Virus record (IMG/VR): IMGVR_UViG_3300037467_000583
Location: 25,342 to 89,341 of that record
Length of the DNA: 64,000 nucleotides
Source: a virus
Taxonomy: Duplodnaviria; Caudoviricetes
Reading direction: 5' to 3' (one strand)
Shown piece by piece: positions 21,769 to 31,647 of the stretch; within the stretch, counting starts at the first letter, position 1, and each line of letters starts with the position of its first letter. Below the pieces are notes generated by a model that ran no database searches, was not told the DNA's origin, and was given only the letters and a program-made list of their open reading frames with translations. The position numbers were made by a program, and so were the translations under genes.

Positions 21769-22315
21769 AATTCCCCCCTTAGTTAATTTGAGATTCAAAT
21801 TCGTTAGCGAATGCCCTGATCTCACTCCAAAGCGCACTTGGATCAAACTCATCAGTGCCATCCTCAGCTTCGTAGAAATAGTGATTGCTATGAAGCTTGA
21901 GTAGCAAGATCAAATCTTCAAAAACTTCTTTCATACAACTTCCTCCGGGAAGAAATCCTTGTAGGTCCACTTGCGATAATCCCACAATGCCAGATTGTAT
22001 GTACCATGGACATCAATGTCGTATTTGTACCAATTCTTGTGCGAGTACACTTCTTCGATTCTACGGCCAAGGTGTCTGTGAATAATCTCCACACGAATTA
22101 TGAATAGAATTGCCACCAAAAATAGTAAGATACCTAAAATTCCGACAGCAAAAATCATACAACCTCCTCAATTTCACTAGAATGTAAAATCTGCCAAGTA
22201 CCTTCGTCATCTACATACCAAGCGTACTCGACAGGGCCGTAAGAATAAGCCACTTTAACAATCGTACCAATCTTGTACAAGTGGTCGTCGTGCTCTACCA
22301 CCACTTTGTAGGATT

Positions 22316-22552
22316 TCATTGTGCGGCAAACAAAGGCTGCTTCTTACTAATTCGCGTATCCAATTGGTTCCTCGTCTCGTAGTACCAGATCGCGCCATGA
22401 GCATCACGAGCGACAAAGCTCCAAGGGTGAACTTCTACAACATCCTGCGTGCCAACGTCCCTCACAACGTTGTTACGACATTCGTTGTGGTCGTAGCTGG
22501 AACAACCTGTCAGGGCAAGTGATACGGCGGCAAAAGCAATAATCTTTTTCAT
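22316..22552 (-). CDS. Small lipoprotein
   Basis: MKKIIAFAAVSLALTG-C lipobox. Confidence 0.75.
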   Translation of the reverse strand: MKKIIAFAAVSLALTGCSSYDHNECRNNVVRDVGTQDVVEVHPWSFVARDAHGAIWYYETRNQLDTRISKKQPLFAAQ

Positions 22553-22584
22553 ATTCCCTCCTTGTTCACGTAACGTGAAATTTC

Positions 22585-22616
22585 AAACAAAATGAACAGA
22601 GAGCCTTTCGGCTCTC
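22585..22616 (-). terminator. Intrinsic terminator after the CTERM-like gene
   Basis: Minus strand GAGAGCC-GAAA-GGCTCTC followed by a T-rich tract. Confidence 0.6.
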
Positions 22617-22627
22617 CCTTCTACAAA

Positions 22628-22945
22628 TTACTTCTGCTTCTTCCGACGAGCATACTTCGTCACGCCTACCAGACCAAACAGGCCGAAGCCGAGGCCTGCC
22701 ATTGCCAGCGAATCCGAGTTGTCTTCAGCTTGAGCCTTCGGAGCCGAGACGGACACATTGCAGCAGCCCATTGCAGCGACGTATGGAGCAGAAACATCTT
22801 CAGCGTTCACCGAAGGAGCCGACACTTCAGAGTCATTGATATAGGGCGAAGACACGTCAGATGCTACAGCAGATGCCGAAACAGCTTGTGCAAATGCTGC
22901 CGAAGCGAACATAAACAGGAACAGAGCGGTGATAACATTTTTCAT
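22628..22945 (-). CDS. Exported protein with VS(A/S)P repeats and a PEP-CTERM-like C-terminal anchor
   Basis: Signal peptide ...ASAAFA; repeats DVSSPY, EVSAPS, DVSAPY, VSAPK; tail SLAMAGLGFGLFGLVG...ARRKKQK. Confidence 0.7.
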   Translation of the reverse strand: MKNVITALFLFMFASAAFAQAVSASAVASDVSSPYINDSEVSAPSVNAEDVSAPYVAAMGCCNVSVSAPKAQAEDNSDSLAMAGLGFGLFGLVGVTKYARRKKQK

Positions 22946-22996
22946 TGTGAAGCCTTTCTTAGTTGTTGTAGAAGCACTGTTGTTCAGTGCAAGAGC

Positions 22997-23025
22997 ATTA
23001 TGGACGAGTTTAGGGCTGCTGTCAA
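22997..23025 (-). promoter_or_regulatory. sigma70 promoter
   Basis: TTGACA-N17-CATAAT. Confidence 0.75.
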
Positions 23026-23669
23026 GCTACTTTGAATACAGAATTCACTTGCTCCGCAATCAACCTTGCAAGTTGTACGTGCTCAAGCTGCGTCACACCT
23101 TCCTCAAGACGTACTTCAAGGTAGTGAATCCAAGAGCGGATCGTACCATTGACGTACAGACGACTCATCGTAAGCCCTTCCGGCAGAATAACACGGGCAA
23201 CCTCTTTAGCAATGCCACGGTCAAGTGCCCGCTTGTAAGTGTCCTGCACAATTGCCAGAAGCATCTTCTGCTCACTCTCCCACCAATCTTTCAGTACTTC
23301 GTCATCTGCTACTAAACTGTTTTGACGATTCTTGGTGTCTTGCATTCGTAGCTCACGTAAACAGAAAGCCTGCTCAAGTTGGGTGACATCAGCGTAACGC
23401 TGGCTGAACTCCTGAAAGCTAAAACTACGATGACGGAGTAATTGTCGTGCAATGTCACGAGGGCTCTCAACTTCCACCACAGCGTTACACATCTCAAAAG
23501 GTGAAAAATGTTTGTGTTTCAGAAGATATGTTGTGAGTTTCTCTGCTGTATCTACATTCATCTGATTCGCAGGGTTAGAAACCCTTGCACAATACGAAAT
23601 CAGGTCATGCACCGTCTCAAGACCCCCTACAACTGGTTTCGTTACTGCGATAAGTTTTGCTTTAAACAT
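23022..23669 (-). CDS. thyX: Flavin-dependent thymidylate synthase
   Basis: RQLLRHRSFSFQEFSQRY ThyX motif; HFSPFE, ARVILP; start at MFKAKL. Confidence 0.97.
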   Translation of the reverse strand: MFKAKLIAVTKPVVGGLETVHDLISYCARVSNPANQMNVDTAEKLTTYLLKHKHFSPFEMCNAVVEVESPRDIARQLLRHRSFSFQEFSQRYADVTQLEQAFCLRELRMQDTKNRQNSLVADDEVLKDWWESEQKMLLAIVQDTYKRALDRGIAKEVARVILPEGLTMSRLYVNGTIRSWIHYLEVRLEEGVTQLEHVQLARLIAEQVNSVFKVA

Positions 23670-23967
23670 TCTCTTCCATTTCCTTAACCAAATCTTCCAC
23701 TTCATCTACATACCAACGTTGCAGTTGAACCTTGACAAACTCTCCTCGCTCTTTTACCGTACCTTCTCGCAGTACCTCTGCCATAAGATTGATAGCGCCC
23801 TCAAGATTGTCTTTACGGAAGAAGCCAAAGTTCATCCATTCGTCAGACACAACATAGTACTCTTCTTTTTCAGCCTCTTGCAGAGTCTTAAGCTTTTTGT
23901 TTGCAAGCTCGATAACATTTGCAAGGTCATCGCGGTCAAGCCCTGCTAGGCGTTCTTCGTGTGTCAC
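23662..23967 (-). CDS. Hypothetical protein
   Basis: Co-oriented, overlapping neighbours. Confidence 0.6.
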   Translation of the reverse strand: MTHEERLAGLDRDDLANVIELANKKLKTLQEAEKEEYYVVSDEWMNFGFFRKDNLEGAINLMAEVLREGTVKERGEFVKVQLQRWYVDEVEDLVKEMEENV

Positions 23968-24278
23968 CCCACCACCTCCGTCTCAACATCTTCATAAGTA
24001 TCATTCCACACAAGAGGAATAACGTCACCTTGATCTTGCTTGAACTTCGCAGTACGAACACTAGCAATCTTACCAATCCCTTCGATGAAAGATTCTTCGC
24101 CTTGGGCAAGTTGCCGTGCTGCAAATGCAAACAAATCGTTCTGCTTTTGCTCTAGATTGGTCCCTTCAAGCTCAAACATATATGATTCAAATTCGTTGAT
24201 AAAAGATTGCTTAAGAATTTCCTCGTGAATTTCGATTTCATACTCTTTTTCGGTTGTCACTCGTACGGTCTTTTTCAT
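23964..24278 (-). CDS. Hypothetical protein
   Basis: Co-oriented, overlapping neighbours. Confidence 0.6.
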   Translation of the reverse strand: MKKTVRVTTEKEYEIEIHEEILKQSFINEFESYMFELEGTNLEQKQNDLFAFAARQLAQGEESFIEGIGKIASVRTAKFKQDQGDVIPLVWNDTYEDVETEVVG

Positions 24279-25186
24279 TTGTTACCATCCTTATATTCAA
24301 CCAAACCTTGTTCCACTTTCTCCATAAACTTGTCATAGAAATCTTCGTGGAACAGGTCCATTACGTTGTAATAATTTTCCCACGCAAATTCGCGCCACCA
24401 CCCGGAGGCGATCGATGTACAGCACTTCATCAGTGCCATTTCAAAAGCCTCTCGCGGAGTCTTCTTACCCGGAAACACAGACAAGCTGCGCTCAATTGCG
24501 AGCACCATTGCTTCCTCTACAACAGAGTACAATTTCACCTCGTCAGAGCACTTCTCAAACATCGCCTTAGAGCACATCACCTCAGCAGTGTTAGGCTTGA
24601 AATACTCGTAAGCTGGCCTGTCCAAGTGCTTGACAGCCTCGTGCACCGCGTCATGCTGGTAGACTTGCACAACACCAGTAACATTGCTATCAAAGAAATC
24701 TGCACGAGAAACGTTCAGCTTGGGTGCGCTGTTAGTGTACGTTTCCTTCTCCCGCTGCTTGAAGAACTCTTCATGCTCCGGTCGAATCTTAGCACCAAGC
24801 TTGCGCATGAACAAGATGTCGTCAAGAGTTTTCTTGAAGTGAGGAGAATCTTTTTTGTATCGATGCGAAAGTTTTAGCAAGTACAGCATATCAAGTGAAG
24901 GCACAAGCCAATCATTACCAGTCACGCCCCAATCATCGTGCTTCCTGATAAAATTGTTAAGACGCTCTGCCATGCTGTCTTCCCAGCATACCTCAGCCTC
25001 AATAATGGTGCCTTCATCATTGCGCATGTAGATGGAACGTCCCTCGTTGATCGGATAGCACACTTTGATGCCGACCTTCTGCCGAAACTTCATAATTTCA
25101 TCGTACGCGCCTAAGATATCAACATCAGCCGGGACACGACCAATATCTACGTGATGCGCCAAAGCCATGCTACCAATCAAAATCAT
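24275..25186 (-). CDS. Uncharacterised protein with N-terminal Pol-beta-type nucleotidyltransferase motif
   Basis: LIGS-x14-DVD; helical C-terminal region with QHDAVHE. Confidence 0.55.
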   Translation of the reverse strand: MILIGSMALAHHVDIGRVPADVDILGAYDEIMKFRQKVGIKVCYPINEGRSIYMRNDEGTIIEAEVCWEDSMAERLNNFIRKHDDWGVTGNDWLVPSLDMLYLLKLSHRYKKDSPHFKKTLDDILFMRKLGAKIRPEHEEFFKQREKETYTNSAPKLNVSRADFFDSNVTGVVQVYQHDAVHEAVKHLDRPAYEYFKPNTAEVMCSKAMFEKCSDEVKLYSVVEEAMVLAIERSLSVFPGKKTPREAFEMALMKCCTSIASGWWREFAWENYYNVMDLFHEDFYDKFMEKVEQGLVEYKDGNK

Positions 25187-25203
25187 GTCATGTTTCCTTT
25201 ACA

Positions 25204-25644
25204 TTAGCAATAAGAAGTCAGCCAGTCCGACACATCGGATTCCATATTTTCTAGCAGGGCATATAGTTTTCCTACTGCTTCGTTATCATTAATGGCATCG
25301 TTGTCCACTTCATCAATTTGAACGGTGTACGGATCGCCGTAAGGATGGTAATCACTTTGACGGTCATAGTACGGCAACGTGTACGTGACACCAGACACTT
25401 CACTCACAAAGCTTGCCGCCGACAGTAGGTCGTAAGCCCGTGATGCCACGTCATCTACGTTGCCATCAAAATCATCATCAAGAAGTTCTTCAACAAGCTT
25501 CTTGCCCTCTGCAATCTTCTCAGCGATAAACTTAGACGCACCTTGACGAATGCTATTACGAGCTTGCTGCATCTCTTTTTGCAGAGCATCATGCTTAGCT
25601 TTCATCTCGTTCAGATTTACACCATCAATAATGATTTCTTGCAT
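25204..25644 (-). CDS. W-x-x-S-S-x-x-C family paralogue 4 (ends DWLTSYC)
   Basis: Start MQEIII; helical acidic protein; shortened terminal motif. Confidence 0.7.
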   Translation of the reverse strand: MQEIIIDGVNLNEMKAKHDALQKEMQQARNSIRQGASKFIAEKIAEGKKLVEELLDDDFDGNVDDVASRAYDLLSAASFVSEVSGVTYTLPYYDRQSDYHPYGDPYTVQIDEVDNDAINDNEAVGKLYALLENMESDVSDWLTSYC

Positions 25645-25657
25645 TTTATTTTCCTTG

Positions 25658-25882
25658 TTAGCAATGTGCAGAGCTTGCACGCCAATAAACATAATCACTG
25701 TGGTTGTGCCCGCCTTTGGCTTCGTCTGGTAGTTCCAAATCAACGCACACGTTCAAACCGAACGTCTTCGCCAGCAGCACAGCCTCTCGATACAAGCGTT
25801 GAATTTCTTCTACGCGATTTGAAATCTCCGTGATGGCTGTGTGGTCATCTTGTGCCACATCCCATGCACTGAATTCTTCCAT
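25658..25882 (-). CDS. W-x-x-S-S-x-x-C family paralogue 3 (ends YWRASSAHC)
   Basis: Start MEEFSAW after GAGG SD. Confidence 0.7.
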   Translation of the reverse strand: MEEFSAWDVAQDDHTAITEISNRVEEIQRLYREAVLLAKTFGLNVCVDLELPDEAKGGHNHSDYVYWRASSAHC

Positions 25883-25889
25883 AATATCC

Positions 25890-26153
25890 TCAGCAATTGT
25901 ACGACGACGAGTTCCAATCGTTGTGCAGTCCATCAACCGATTCAATAGCATCAGCCAGAACGCCGTAAGAGCCACCTAGCTTCACTTCGATGCCAGTCTT
26001 CTCGACAACATCCTTAATTTCTGCCAGTAACACTTTAATTTTCTGTACGCGCTCTGCCACGCGAGCGTTTGCCTCTTTTGTAGAAATCACTTCCTCGCCA
26101 GCTTTAGCCAGCAGTTCATCCAGACGTTTCTTGCTAATAGTTACCGTGCTCAT
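25890..26153 (-). CDS. W-x-x-S-S-x-x-C family paralogue 2 (ends DWNSSSYNC)
   Basis: AAGGAG SD; helical. Confidence 0.75.
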   Translation of the reverse strand: MSTVTISKKRLDELLAKAGEEVISTKEANARVAERVQKIKVLLAEIKDVVEKTGIEVKLGGSYGVLADAIESVDGLHNDWNSSSYNC

Positions 26154-26174
26154 GTTTTCTCCTTAAATAAAATT

Positions 26175-26381
26175 TTAGCAACCTTGCGACGAGGGTTGCC
26201 AGCCAGCATCACCGTAATAACGTGCGTCTTCGTTACCTTCGTAGTACCCGCCCATACCGTATGCTGGGCTAAAACTAAAGCCAAGTTTGTGCTCATCTGC
26301 TACACTCTCAGCCTCATTCAGTGCATCGTAAGCCTGCTGTACCAACTCTGCAATCTTTGCTGCTGCTTCTTGTTTCGTCAT
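26175..26381 (-). CDS. W-x-x-S-S-x-x-C family paralogue 1 (ends GWQPSSQGC)
   Basis: AAGGAG SD; helical. Confidence 0.75.
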   Translation of the reverse strand: MTKQEAAAKIAELVQQAYDALNEAESVADEHKLGFSFSPAYGMGGYYEGNEDARYYGDAGWQPSSQGC

Positions 26382-26397
26382 TTTCTTCTCCTTAAAA

Positions 26398-26715
26398 TTA
26401 ATAAATTTTTACAGCATGTACAACACGAGGGTCAACCCCCGAAAACACTGCTTTCCATCGCTCATGAGCATCTACAACACTGTTAATCAATGTATCAGGC
26501 TGTTCTCCACCAATTTCAAAGCCAACAAACCAGTCTTCTCCGCTGTAACAATCCAAACACACAACAGACATGCCGAGATATCCTAGATTGCCTTCAAGCA
26601 TATGTTCGATTTGCTCAATGCTCAAATCTGTTTTCTGCAACAAGAAATCTTTAACTTCTGCTTCTTCTGAAAATCTCCGTCCGATACCTAAAAGTGCATT
26701 GTAATCGACTGACAT
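26398..26715 (-). CDS. Hypothetical protein
   Basis: GGAGG SD, co-oriented. Confidence 0.65.
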   Translation of the reverse strand: MSVDYNALLGIGRRFSEEAEVKDFLLQKTDLSIEQIEHMLEGNLGYLGMSVVCLDCYSGEDWFVGFEIGGEQPDTLINSVVDAHERWKAVFSGVDPRVVHAVKIY

Positions 26716-26723
26716 AACCCCTC

Positions 26724-27140
26724 CTACGTACCACTACAATAAAACAAATGATCCGCAATCCGCCTGTCAAACTTAACCTTGCTCGCCCAACTTGGCGGTG
26801 TGCCCGAATGAAAGCTGTCCACACATTTACTGACAACGGCGTTCATTGTAGCAGCTTTTTTGAACTTGTCCACAAATTTCTTAGGAATTTTTATCTTCTT
26901 AAGATTCATGCCACGCTTCACAGACGAAAACTGATGTGACTCACGCACAACACTGCACACACTCTTCTTGCGCTTCTTAGCTCTGTGCCGGATTGTTTGA
27001 ATCACCCCTGCCACACCTTTTGTTGGCTGGTTGCCAGCTTCCTTGTACGCTACAGCTTTGAGGCAGATGTCGTCAGCAGCTTTGGCGTTTGCACCTGTTG
27101 CTAGCATGAGTGCAAGCAGAATAGCCCCACTGCTGCTCAA
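26724..27140 (-). CDS. Cell wall hydrolase (SleB/Hydrolase_2-like) with signal peptide
   Basis: CLKAVAYKEAGNQ...SVCSVV...HQFS...DHLFY. Confidence 0.8.
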   Translation of the reverse strand: MSSSGAILLALMLATGANAKAADDICLKAVAYKEAGNQPTKGVAGVIQTIRHRAKKRKKSVCSVVRESHQFSSVKRGMNLKKIKIPKKFVDKFKKAATMNAVVSKCVDSFHSGTPPSWASKVKFDRRIADHLFYCSGT

Positions 27141-28030
27141 AGATCATCCTCATCACGCCAACCAAGAAAAATAGGAAAACGATAAGAATCTTTCATGCCC
27201 ACGGCGAAGAATTTGAACTTAGCCAATTTTCCAAGATATTTCTCTTTGTTAGTCCACACTTCTGCACGTCCAGCATCATCAAACCCGCTGCCCATCGTGA
27301 AGCGAATACCATCACACTCACAAACAAGAGCACCGAGCGTTCCTGCACCAACCATACCTTCTTGTGCTTGACTGCGCTGTGTTCGACCTAGCTCGTTCGT
27401 TTTAGCCTCGTTGGTATTGGTCATCTTCTCTTCAAAGCCAATCACAACAGCCTCCGCGTCAGAGAACCGTTTGATCTTGCCAATGATGCCTTCCTTGGCT
27501 GTAGAGCGGCCTTGTTTGTACTTGCCATCGATAGACCTCACCATAACGCCTTCATAGCCGTCATCTAGACACTTCTGCTCAAAAGTTGCCAACTCTTCAG
27601 GCGAATTAACAACCACTTGATCGATTACAAAAACTTGATGTCCGTGCCACATCGCTTGAACTGCGCGTAGGCGACTTTCATACGGACCCCCAACAAATAC
27701 GTTATCAAACACAGCAAGGCGCAGTTCACGCTTGTCAAACTCAGGCTTGAGTTCAGTTGCCATCACAGTCTGAGTAGTGAGATTGAACACGTTATGCGCT
27801 ACCCAATCGCCATACAACACTTCGCCGTCAAAACCTTGATATTCAGGCTTGCCGAACAGTTCCTGCACAACCTTGCTGCGAATAGGTTTCATCGAGCGAG
27901 AATAGACAACATTGTCAATAATAACCACTCGGATGCCATCAAGTTTGACGCTTGCATACAGAGGGTAATTTAATGAAGATGTGTCTTCGCAAGTGAATGC
28001 GAGCATTGGTTTAAATTTTGGTAAAGTCAT
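27137..28030 (-). CDS. lig: ATP-dependent DNA ligase
   Basis: KLDGIR (motif I), FDGEV, YEGVMVR, KIKRF, OB fold with RFPIF. Confidence 0.95.
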   Translation of the reverse strand: MTLPKFKPMLAFTCEDTSSLNYPLYASVKLDGIRVVIIDNVVYSRSMKPIRSKVVQELFGKPEYQGFDGEVLYGDWVAHNVFNLTTQTVMATELKPEFDKRELRLAVFDNVFVGGPYESRLRAVQAMWHGHQVFVIDQVVVNSPEELATFEQKCLDDGYEGVMVRSIDGKYKQGRSTAKEGIIGKIKRFSDAEAVVIGFEEKMTNTNEAKTNELGRTQRSQAQEGMVGAGTLGALVCECDGIRFTMGSGFDDAGRAEVWTNKEKYLGKLAKFKFFAVGMKDSYRFPIFLGWRDEDDL

Positions 28031-29414
28031 TTAATTTCCTTATCAAACACAATCGTGTTACGCTTAAAATGAGGCTGCATTCCCATATAGATAGCAGGGC
28101 CGAACACTTGCATGATGCTCCACAGCGAATCGCGCAGGACATCACCCTCTTTACGCTCAGCAGGACGATAGTGCTTAAACTGCGAGTAATAACTGTTATA
28201 CACGTCTGCGCCGTAGCTCGTCAAGGTCACTTCCACAATTTCGTTAATGTTGATTTCAAATTTCACCCTTTCGTCTCCTCTAAAAATTCTCTAGCAGCGT
28301 CCCACTGATCTTGAAAATCTGCCGTGGTTTGCCAGCTACTCCAGTAAGCGTCATCCATCGCTTCGACTAGCTCTTTGAGTAATAAGTAAGGTGTGTTTTT
28401 CGGGTGATTCATCATCGCTCCCTATCATTTCCAAAACCAAGTTCTTCTTTGGCACGCTGCTCTGGTGTGCGGGCATCTTCTACACGAGACATCTTAGCAA
28501 GATTTTGTACAGTTACAGTGAAACCCCTCCGTTTATCCTCTGCAATGGCTTCGTCGCAGTAGGAGAAATACCAGTACGGGCAGCGATGGTTGGCACTCTC
28601 AACAAACACAACTTTGCACTCGCCTTTGTGTTCTTCACAGGAACCGTCACATTCATTGTTCCATGCTCGATCAAACACATAATTTTTAAGCTCGTCAACT
28701 GTTATCATACCAAGTCCTCCTTAAGAATATTGTCAGGAACTTTGTTCAGCAAATCATCCATCTTCTCTCGCAGCCATGCATCTGTGTTTGGTGGGAATTT
28801 TTTGACGATTAGATTTTCATGTGCTACCAAGTATTGACCCTTATTTGGAAATTCTGCAACGTAGCAATCTAGATACCCTTTATTACCCTTGTTGTCTGTT
28901 GTCAAACGCCGAGCGCGACCACCTGAAACAGTACACTCCAGTCCGACAAATTCTGGATATAAGAAACCATTCTTATTTATTGTCACACAAACTGAACCTA
29001 CTGAGATGTTCATACGCCCTCCGCTTTGATCCGTTCAATCTCTTCAAGTTGTGCTCGCAAGCTTGCTTCCCGGCGAAGTTTAGATTACTTGTCATACTCA
29101 CGTTGTTGGCGTTCTAGCTCCTCAATCTTACGAATTTCTTCTGCAAACACTTGTGCACACTCTTCACTTGTTGCGAAAATGTTCTTACCTAGCTGAAACA
29201 CGCTGCCAGAACCAACGCCCGTCTCGTCGCACATGTATTCCTCAACATATCCTTTTTGTGGCTTATAGTTGTCACCGAAACTATAAGAACTATCGCCCTT
29301 ACTGTCGGTGTGCGTTATGCGAATCTGCCCGATAGTCACACTCTGTGGCCACTTAGTACCATGCATGAAAACATACGCCACATCGCCAATGTTAAACTTA
29401 CTTTCAAACTTCAT
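28027..29414 (-). other. Run of four small hypothetical ORFs (28027-28266, 28412-28708, 28705-29013, 29085-29414)
   Basis: Co-oriented ORFs with SD sequences downstream of the 29442 promoter. Confidence 0.6.
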
Positions 29415-29441
29415 ACACCCTCCTTGTCAAAATGTTCGCTC

Positions 29442-29545
29442 ATTGTAGGCTGCGATGAAGATCATGTCAAGCGCAAAATTCTTACGGCTGTTGTTAGAAA
29501 TCTTACGCAGAGGGGCTTGACATAGAAGCTCTACTGTGCCATCAT
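29442..29545. promoter_or_regulatory. Back-to-back sigma70 promoters at the strand switch
   Basis: Minus TTGACA-N17-TACAAT (29442-29470); plus TTGACA-N17-CATCAT (29517-29545). Confidence 0.75.
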
Positions 29546-29576
29546 ACACACGTTCACAACAATTTTAGGAGGAATC

Positions 29577-30206
29577 ATGCGAGTACGAGTAACCCGTGTC
29601 ACAGATGACAACTGGTACAAAGTGGGGGAAGAATACGAAGTGGAGAGCAAGCCAGTGCACCGAGGCGGTTATGATTACTACCCACTTGTAGAGGATAAGA
29701 ACGTAGGTATTGGCCCTGAGCATTGCGAAGTGATTAAAGAGCAACTAAAATTTCCGTTCCGTGTACGTTGCATTGACAACATGAACGCAGAAGAACAGCT
29801 TGAGGAAGGAAAAGTTTACACTGCGATTGGCGAAAACGTGTGGAACGATGCATGCGATTTCTATCTTGAAGGTATGAAATGCTCTTGGTCGCAACACCGA
29901 TTTGAAATTGTAGAAGATGAAGTGGAACAACAAGACGATGAGTACACGGGTGGTTCCGTCAGCTACTACACCGTGCCAGTAGACAATCCCACAGACCCGG
30001 ACAAAGCACCTTACACCGCTGAGTGCAACGATATCATCGAAGCTCTTGGTATGAACTATGCTGAAGGGAATGCTTTCAAAGCCATCTGGCGCTCTTGTGC
30101 GGCACGCAAGTTCGGAGTTGCTAAGAAGGGCTACGATGATGGTTTGTACGACGCACAGAAAGTTGTGTTTTTTGGGCAGCGTATGGTTGCTCTGGCTAAT
30201 AAATGA
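29577..30206 (+). CDS. Two small beta-rich repeats + C-terminal DUF3310 (T7 gp1.7-like) domain
   Basis: RVRVTR...YEV and RVRCID...YTA repeats; ECNDIIEALGMNYAEGNAFKAIWR...YDAQKVVFF. Confidence 0.6.
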   Translation: MRVRVTRVTDDNWYKVGEEYEVESKPVHRGGYDYYPLVEDKNVGIGPEHCEVIKEQLKFPFRVRCIDNMNAEEQLEEGKVYTAIGENVWNDACDFYLEGMKCSWSQHRFEIVEDEVEQQDDEYTGGSVSYYTVPVDNPTDPDKAPYTAECNDIIEALGMNYAEGNAFKAIWRSCAARKFGVAKKGYDDGLYDAQKVVFFGQRMVALANK

Positions 30207-30981
30207 TTTCTAAATCCTAGAAATGAATACAAGTAAAAATTAGGTGCCGAACCACTGACGTAGCACCCTTGGGATCAACGCATAGGGTAGGCTCTACCGG
30301 GAAACTGTGTGGAGCTTGCCCCTCTTGCCCGTTCATCATCCTCAAAAACACGTTTCTGAAAACGCGCCCTTCCTCTACACAGCACCGAACGGTGCAAGCC
30401 CCTCCCTGCCGCTTCTAGAGCAGCTTTCAAAAGTTTTAGACAAAGCTTCGCCATTACAGCATTGTTGCTGTTTCTTTCAGGCAAAACATCACCTTACCCC
30501 ACCTAGTATGTGAGATTTCGCAGAGGGACAGTTTCCCTATATGTCATGTTACGCCTGTGTGACGAGACATGTTCCACATGTGCCCTAGTAGTTCTGATAG
30601 GGCGTCATCGTTGTTTGAGCGTTATCTACCTCACAGAAGATAGGGTTCGTAAGAATTACAATCACGTTACGCCTTTCTTTTGTAGATGTACAGCAAATTC
30701 TCACGCTTTTTGGTGAGAATTGTAAGAATGTTGTAGGAGTTGGCTTACGTGGACAGGATAACAACTGTTTATGCATACAGGTGAGATGTGGAAATTCACT
30801 GCCTAGCACGATTCTGAACAGAAAGATAGGGGTTGTACGAAAAAATTCTTGACAGCCGAATATAAGTAGCGATAAGATGCATTCATCGACAGCGCAACAC
30901 AGCGATGCAATACAAGAAGCAAAGCTGTCGAAGCTGGCAAAGCAATCTAACGTAATCAAACACTATATAAGGAGTAACATC

Positions 30982-31647
30982 ATGAAACAGGTTATCGCTC
31001 GCATCTATCCCCTGACGAACACGCCAGTGATTTTTGACGTGGAGTCGAAACAGAACGGCAACGGACGCCTGAAAGCGTTCATGAATGGTGAGTCTGTTGA
31101 AGTGGGCTACGATTTCTACATGCACACTGAGCATCTGAACCCTGAACAAGCATTGCAAGTGGCTCGTGCGTACGCCAAACACGAGAACATTCCTGAGCAT
31201 GATATCCTAGTTCGTCAACGCTTTCCGAAAACGAAGCCTCTTCCGCGCAAACTGAACGATGCTAACCTTGTGCTTGTTCAGAAGGACGAAGAGAAGAAAG
31301 ATGAGCCGGAAACCCTGCAACAGCTTGCGCAGGAAATGCATGACAAGGAGACGAACAAGCCGGAACAGAGGAAGGATGTTGCGTCAGCAACCAATCCTGA
31401 AGGTGCGAAGGTTGTTCGTTCTGCGGGAGAGAAAGCTAAGACGAAGCGTGCTTACACCAAAAAATCGAACAAACGTAGCGAGGCCGCAATGAAGCGCTAC
31501 CTTTCCGAGTTGGGTCAAGTGGCTGCTGAGTCGACCACCCTGCTTCAACCTGCTGTACCCGGCCCCGGCATCACACCCGAGCAAGTGAGTGAGGCAGAAC
31601 TTCAGTTTGCTTTGAAATTGGTGAAGCTTTTGAAAGGCGTCATGTAA
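30982..31647 (+). CDS. Hypothetical early protein with own promoter and terminator
   Basis: AAGGAG SD, start MKQVIAR; hairpin GCCTCT-CCGA-AGAGAGGC-TTTTT at ~31706. Confidence 0.7.
   Translation: MKQVIARIYPLTNTPVIFDVESKQNGNGRLKAFMNGESVEVGYDFYMHTEHLNPEQALQVARAYAKHENIPEHDILVRQRFPKTKPLPRKLNDANLVLVQKDEEKKDEPETLQQLAQEMHDKETNKPEQRKDVASATNPEGAKVVRSAGEKAKTKRAYTKKSNKRSEAAMKRYLSELGQVAAESTTLLQPAVPGPGITPEQVSEAELQFALKLVKLLKGVM

Noticed and set aside
642-29525. Many plus-strand ORFs overlapping the minus-strand genes (e.g. 1677-2315, 4570-5274, 14613-15374, 17576-18310, 24254-24877)
   Set aside because: Antisense shadows of well-supported genes, with no SD, motifs or protein-like composition.
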